Below are positions 50,538-53,857 of a stretch of DNA of 53,857 nucleotides, one piece after another. The DNA is from Candidatus Jorgensenbacteria bacterium GW2011_GWB1_50_10. GTDB taxonomy: Bacteria; Patescibacteriota; Minisyncoccia; UBA6257; GWB1-50-10. The first letter of the stretch is position 1. Each line of letters begins with the position of its first letter. The stretch spans positions 141,419 through 195,275 of the forward strand of contig LCQK01000002.1 in the NCBI GenBank assembly GCA_001004105.1, given 5' to 3'. The notes beneath the pieces were generated by a model, which saw nothing but the letters and a program-made list of their open reading frames with translations, was not told where the DNA came from and did not search any database. A program made the position numbers and the translations under genes.

Positions 50538-52325
50538 TCATACTACCTCGGCTTGATAACACTGTTCACAATAAACAATCTCCGGCCGCTCGGGAGCGTA
50601 GGAGGTCTCAAATTCGTTGGGGCAATGATTATCGCCGTGGAAATGCTGGGCGGTATTCTGATAGACGCTATTTTCTGATTTTTGCCCGGCGCAGGTACAC
50701 TGACGATGCCATAATTTGAGAGGATTTCTTTGTTTCAATCGCTCATAATGGCGGCAGTTGGGACATAACCTGGGGAGGGGCAGATTCATCTTCCGGTAGA
50801 ACTGGAGCTCCGGCTCAATGATTTTGAAGGCCTTGGTGCATTGTTCATTGCACTTCCCCTCGTGGGCACAGCCAATAGTTTCCTTAAGAATGCTCTCGTC
50901 TACGTCTTTGATGTGGTTAGGAAGGTTTGAATGTGTCAAGGATACCTTATAATCACGCTCTTTTGATTCTTGCCATTTATAACCTTTTGCCAAAGTCCGT
51001 TCCTTAGTAAGAGGAAAAATCTCAACGGCCGTTGTTTCGTTGTAAGCGAAAGGTGATAATTCCGGCGGGAAAAATTCGCCATACCGATATTCACGACCTT
51101 GTTTATCCTTATAAGGCAATTCGTTCATTTGCTCAATTATTTTTTCCCGGAGATTTTTATACTCGGCTTCACTATACTGCTTGTTCAAAATGCAAAATTG
51201 CTTATTCCTTAAACTGGCGCAACTAAAGAGGTTATTAGAGGCATAAGAAAGATTGGAGTACTCCGTATTATACGTAGCGTTGAAAGACAGAACACTCATT
51301 TTAATATCGCCCACCTCTTTCCCCGCAAGCAAAGTTTCGTAAACACGCTCGGCGGCATCGCCATATTCCGTGTAATCCCAACAATCCTTAACGGGTTTCG
51401 CGATAAGCCATAAACAATGTTTACAATTCTGCGATTCTATAGCCACGTATGAATGGAAAACATCGCGACAATGGTTTATATAATCTCCTGATACATTAGT
51501 ATTTTGTCTTCCATGGATGTACTTCTTTGGAATTTCCATAACCAACGCTTCGGCTCGCCCGGAAATATCACCAATATTCTTGAAGGAACCGATATCAAAC
51601 TTAACCAACTCAGCTTCATAATCTTCTTTTGAAAACGGCTGATTAAAAATGTGGTACTTCTTGTTCCTTAAACCAACGCAACCAAAACAGTTATCGCAAC
51701 CAATCAAATCACGCGAGAAGTATACGTTTTGGCAGCTCTCACAATCCACGGAAAAGAAAACGCGGGAACACTTACGACAGTTAACACAGCCATAAGCTAA
51801 CTCACACTGGTCAATCATGAGATTATCAAAGCAGTCTTTACTGCCTTCTACTTCCGTACCATAACAGCAACCCTCGTTGTAATCCGAATTAAAAATCAAG
51901 TAGCAATTTTTAAGATGACCGGCTTGATTCACATACTCACTATTAGTGAGGGTTAGATGAAGCGTGTTAAGAGCCGGTAGCGGCACTCTTCGGTGAAGTT
52001 CTCTAAATTGTTCAAAAAAAGAGCGTGAGAAATCATAGTCACGGCCATAAGCCAAAGAATCCCATTTATCCGACCACCAGCAAGGCGGACAATAAACCAC
52101 CTGATCTTTGTCGTCGGAATAAATTGAGAGCATGTCCTTGCCACATAAATCACATTTCCTCTTATACAAAGTTCTTTCGTTGCGCCATAAGAGGCGTCGC
52201 TCCAACCTGCACTCTGGGCACCACGTCGGCGGCGGGACGGAAATTTTCTTATAAAAATCAAAATCTTCCGGCTCAACCGTGAACTGATTTTTACAATTTT
52301 GACAGGTTTTTGTTTCTGAAGTCAT
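50538..52325 (-). CDS. Cysteine-rich multi-zinc-ribbon paralogue, copy D
   Basis: 595 aa with about 37 Cys by hand count. MTSETKTCQNCKNQFTVEPEDFDFYKKISVPPPTWCPECR...YCEQCYQAEVV. Its ATG overlaps the stop of the 97-aa ORF. Confidence 0.8.
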   Translation of the reverse strand: MTSETKTCQNCKNQFTVEPEDFDFYKKISVPPPTWCPECRLERRLLWRNERTLYKRKCDLCGKDMLSIYSDDKDQVVYCPPCWWSDKWDSLAYGRDYDFSRSFFEQFRELHRRVPLPALNTLHLTLTNSEYVNQAGHLKNCYLIFNSDYNEGCCYGTEVEGSKDCFDNLMIDQCELAYGCVNCRKCSRVFFSVDCESCQNVYFSRDLIGCDNCFGCVGLRNKKYHIFNQPFSKEDYEAELVKFDIGSFKNIGDISGRAEALVMEIPKKYIHGRQNTNVSGDYINHCRDVFHSYVAIESQNCKHCLWLIAKPVKDCWDYTEYGDAAERVYETLLAGKEVGDIKMSVLSFNATYNTEYSNLSYASNNLFSCASLRNKQFCILNKQYSEAEYKNLREKIIEQMNELPYKDKQGREYRYGEFFPPELSPFAYNETTAVEIFPLTKERTLAKGYKWQESKERDYKVSLTHSNLPNHIKDVDESILKETIGCAHEGKCNEQCTKAFKIIEPELQFYRKMNLPLPRLCPNCRHYERLKQRNPLKLWHRQCTCAGQKSENSVYQNTAQHFHGDNHCPNEFETSYAPERPEIVYCEQCYQAEVV

Positions 52326-52615
52326 CGAAAAATTGTGTCTTTGATTCGCTGGACCTCATCTTTGACCACGTCGCCGTCATAGTCGCCGCTGTGAGCGGTC
52401 ACACCTTCATAAATCGGCTTCTTCTGGTCAAGGTGAATGTTGAAAGTAATGATATCCTTATCATCTTTCACATAAATATGAAAACGCGGATAGTCGCCGC
52501 CCAAGGGACGGACGCAGTTCAATTCGCCTTGAGGCGTATATCCCAACGGCCGGTACCCCATCTTCCGTATCAAGTCCCGGAGATTATAACTTTTGTTGTA
52601 AATCTTGAAGGTCAT
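52322..52615 (-). CDS. Hypothetical 97-aa protein translationally coupled on both sides to Cys-rich paralogues
   Basis: ATGA overlaps at 52612-52615 and 52322-52325. The sequence contains YPRFHIYVKDD...IHLDQKKPIYEGVTAHSGDYDG. I recognise no family. Confidence 0.6.
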   Translation of the reverse strand: MTFKIYNKSYNLRDLIRKMGYRPLGYTPQGELNCVRPLGGDYPRFHIYVKDDKDIITFNIHLDQKKPIYEGVTAHSGDYDGDVVKDEVQRIKDTIFR

Positions 52616-53493
52616 GCTATTTCCACCTTATAACACTCCTCGCAATAGATAATCTCCGGCCTCTCAGGAGCGTAGGAGGTCTGAATTGGTCGGCTACACT
52701 TTTGACAGGAACGATTGTAAAGTCTCGGCGGATTAGTGCGCACAAAACGAGCATTGTGCCGACAGGTAGGACACTCTCGCGGCAGCGGGATTGAAAGGTT
52801 TTTCATAAGCGCGAGTTCCCCCGAAACAATGCAAAAGGCCTTTCCGCAAGAAGCGCAAGCGATTACTTCTTGGAGTATTGTATCCGGCGTTTCCGCAAGC
52901 GTATCGGGCATATCAACCCATTGCTTGGTAGCAGTATAAGGCGTGGCAGTAAATTCATGCCACTTGAATCCTGAAGCGAGTGATTCTTTCTCTGTTTTGG
53001 GAAAGTAAGCGTGGGCGAGGCTTTCGTTGTAAGCGAAGAGAGAAAGATTAATCGGTAAGAACTCTCCATATGACCAAATGCGCCCTTGAGGATCCCGATA
53101 CGGATTTCTTTCCATGTCCTTTTTAATTTGAGAAACAAGGCGCTCGTATTCCTCTTTTGGGTATCCCTTATTTAAAATGCAATAATGTTTCCTCTTTAAG
53201 CTGACGCACCCAAAAACGTGCTTGCAGGAAATAGCGTAAATAGAATATTCATTGTCCAAGGCGTCGGGCCAGCACTCAAAAGAAAATTTGACACCATTTG
53301 CTCCTTCCCCAACCACAGCGGCTTCATAAATTTTCTCCGCACCATTTCCCCATCCCGAATAGTCATAGCAGTCTCGGGCGTGGGGTACGCTCACAAACTG
53401 CGCATAACGGCTGTCTTCCGCGCCGGCTACCATGTAGGCGTCATGGGTGTTTTTTGATTCGTAGATATAATCGCCGGTTACCCTCACGTTCAA
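52612..53493 (-). pseudogene. Cysteine-rich paralogue, copy E (5'-truncated: only the C-terminal half is present)
   Basis: Homology to copies A-D begins at LNVRVTGDYIYESKN, which corresponds to about residue 275 of copy C, and runs to ...YCEECYKVEIA. No N-terminal ribbons are present, and only a TTG 'start' is available. Confidence 0.6.
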
Positions 53494-53857
53494 GGCGCTG
53501 CCTGTATAAACACGGCGGGGGGGTTTGTTCCAAAACCCCTTTTATTGCACCTATTATCTTAAGAAGTATTTCATGAATTGCCAGAGTTATTTCCTCTGAA
53601 GAAACCTCTATACTTTTTGGGAGTCCTGTTACAGAATCCCTACCTCTTATCTCAACTTTACTAACTTCAGATGGCTTCAGAAATATTGCTGATCCTATTT
53701 TCAGTTTAACTTCTTCAGTCATCTGATCACCAATTATCAGGTTATATTTTTTGCGGACATAGATTTGGATCGCCTCATCAATATTATTTCCCCCGACTCT
53801 TACAGAGTTGTGTACAACAACACCGCCCAAACATATAACTGCTGCTTCAGTTGTTCC
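53441..53857 (-). pseudogene. Second MreB/Mbl-like gene, fragment (5' end outside window, 3' truncated at ~53516)
   Basis: The frame reads GTTEAAVICLGGVVVHNSVRVGGNNIDEAIQIYVRKKYNLIIGDQMTEEVKLKIGSA...GVLEQTPP. Similarity is then lost exactly at a C7 run (plus-strand G7 at 53517-53523), and the frame runs into the copy E fragment. Confidence 0.6.

Noticed and set aside
1-53857. Alternative genetic code (UGA recoding as in some CPR lineages), CRISPR arrays, rRNA genes, transposases
   Set aside because: TAA, TAG and TGA all terminate well-conserved genes at the expected lengths (dnaK TAA, murF TAG, paralogue B TGA). I saw no regularly spaced direct-repeat array, no rRNA-like segment and no recognisable transposase or integrase ORF.

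Overview
Gene-dense window with about 70 genes, all but one on the minus strand. Gene content suggests a small-genome Patescibacteria/CPR (Parcubacteria-like) bacterium using the standard code; that lineage call is inference only.

Core blocks:
- murF-ftsI-ftsL-rsmH-mraZ (dcw cluster), tRNA-Glu, tRNA-Val and rplJ-rplL.
- grpE-dnaK-(membrane protein)-dnaJ behind a consensus sigma70 promoter.
- ftsQ, serS, lysS, greA, mrdA-mreD-mreC-mreB and proS.

Accessory content:
1. 11.4-18 kb: a surface cluster with a membrane-anchored S8 peptidase fused to a beta-propeller, a beta-helix protein, a type IV pilin and a divergent GT39-like glycosyltransferase.
2. 18.8-28.7 kb: a string of small unrelated genes (ArsR x2, TfoX, thioesterase, DUF559 nuclease, PIF1-like helicase, HicAB, glycosylase, peptidase E, phosphatase, SDR, HAD, split Fic). 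They are separated by a conserved ~25-nt junction motif, 34-40 bp perfect palindromes and two copies of a ~410-bp GC-rich element.
3. 28.6-32.4 kb: an AT-rich seven-gene operon headed by an AbrB-like gene and a RadC-N::Dam methyltransferase fusion.
4. 43.1-53.5 kb: the most unusual locus. It is a translationally coupled tandem array of five paralogous ~560-600 aa cysteine-rich multi-zinc-ribbon proteins of no family I can name. Toxin-antitoxin genes are embedded in it. An APH-like kinase and a PaaX-like regulator follow it, and it ends at a breakpoint with a truncated second mreB.

A ~200-nt multi-hairpin element occurs twice, with compensatory changes between the copies. Its GC-rich palindromic core also sits in frame inside two essential genes. 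No CRISPR array, rRNA gene or recognisable transposase was seen.
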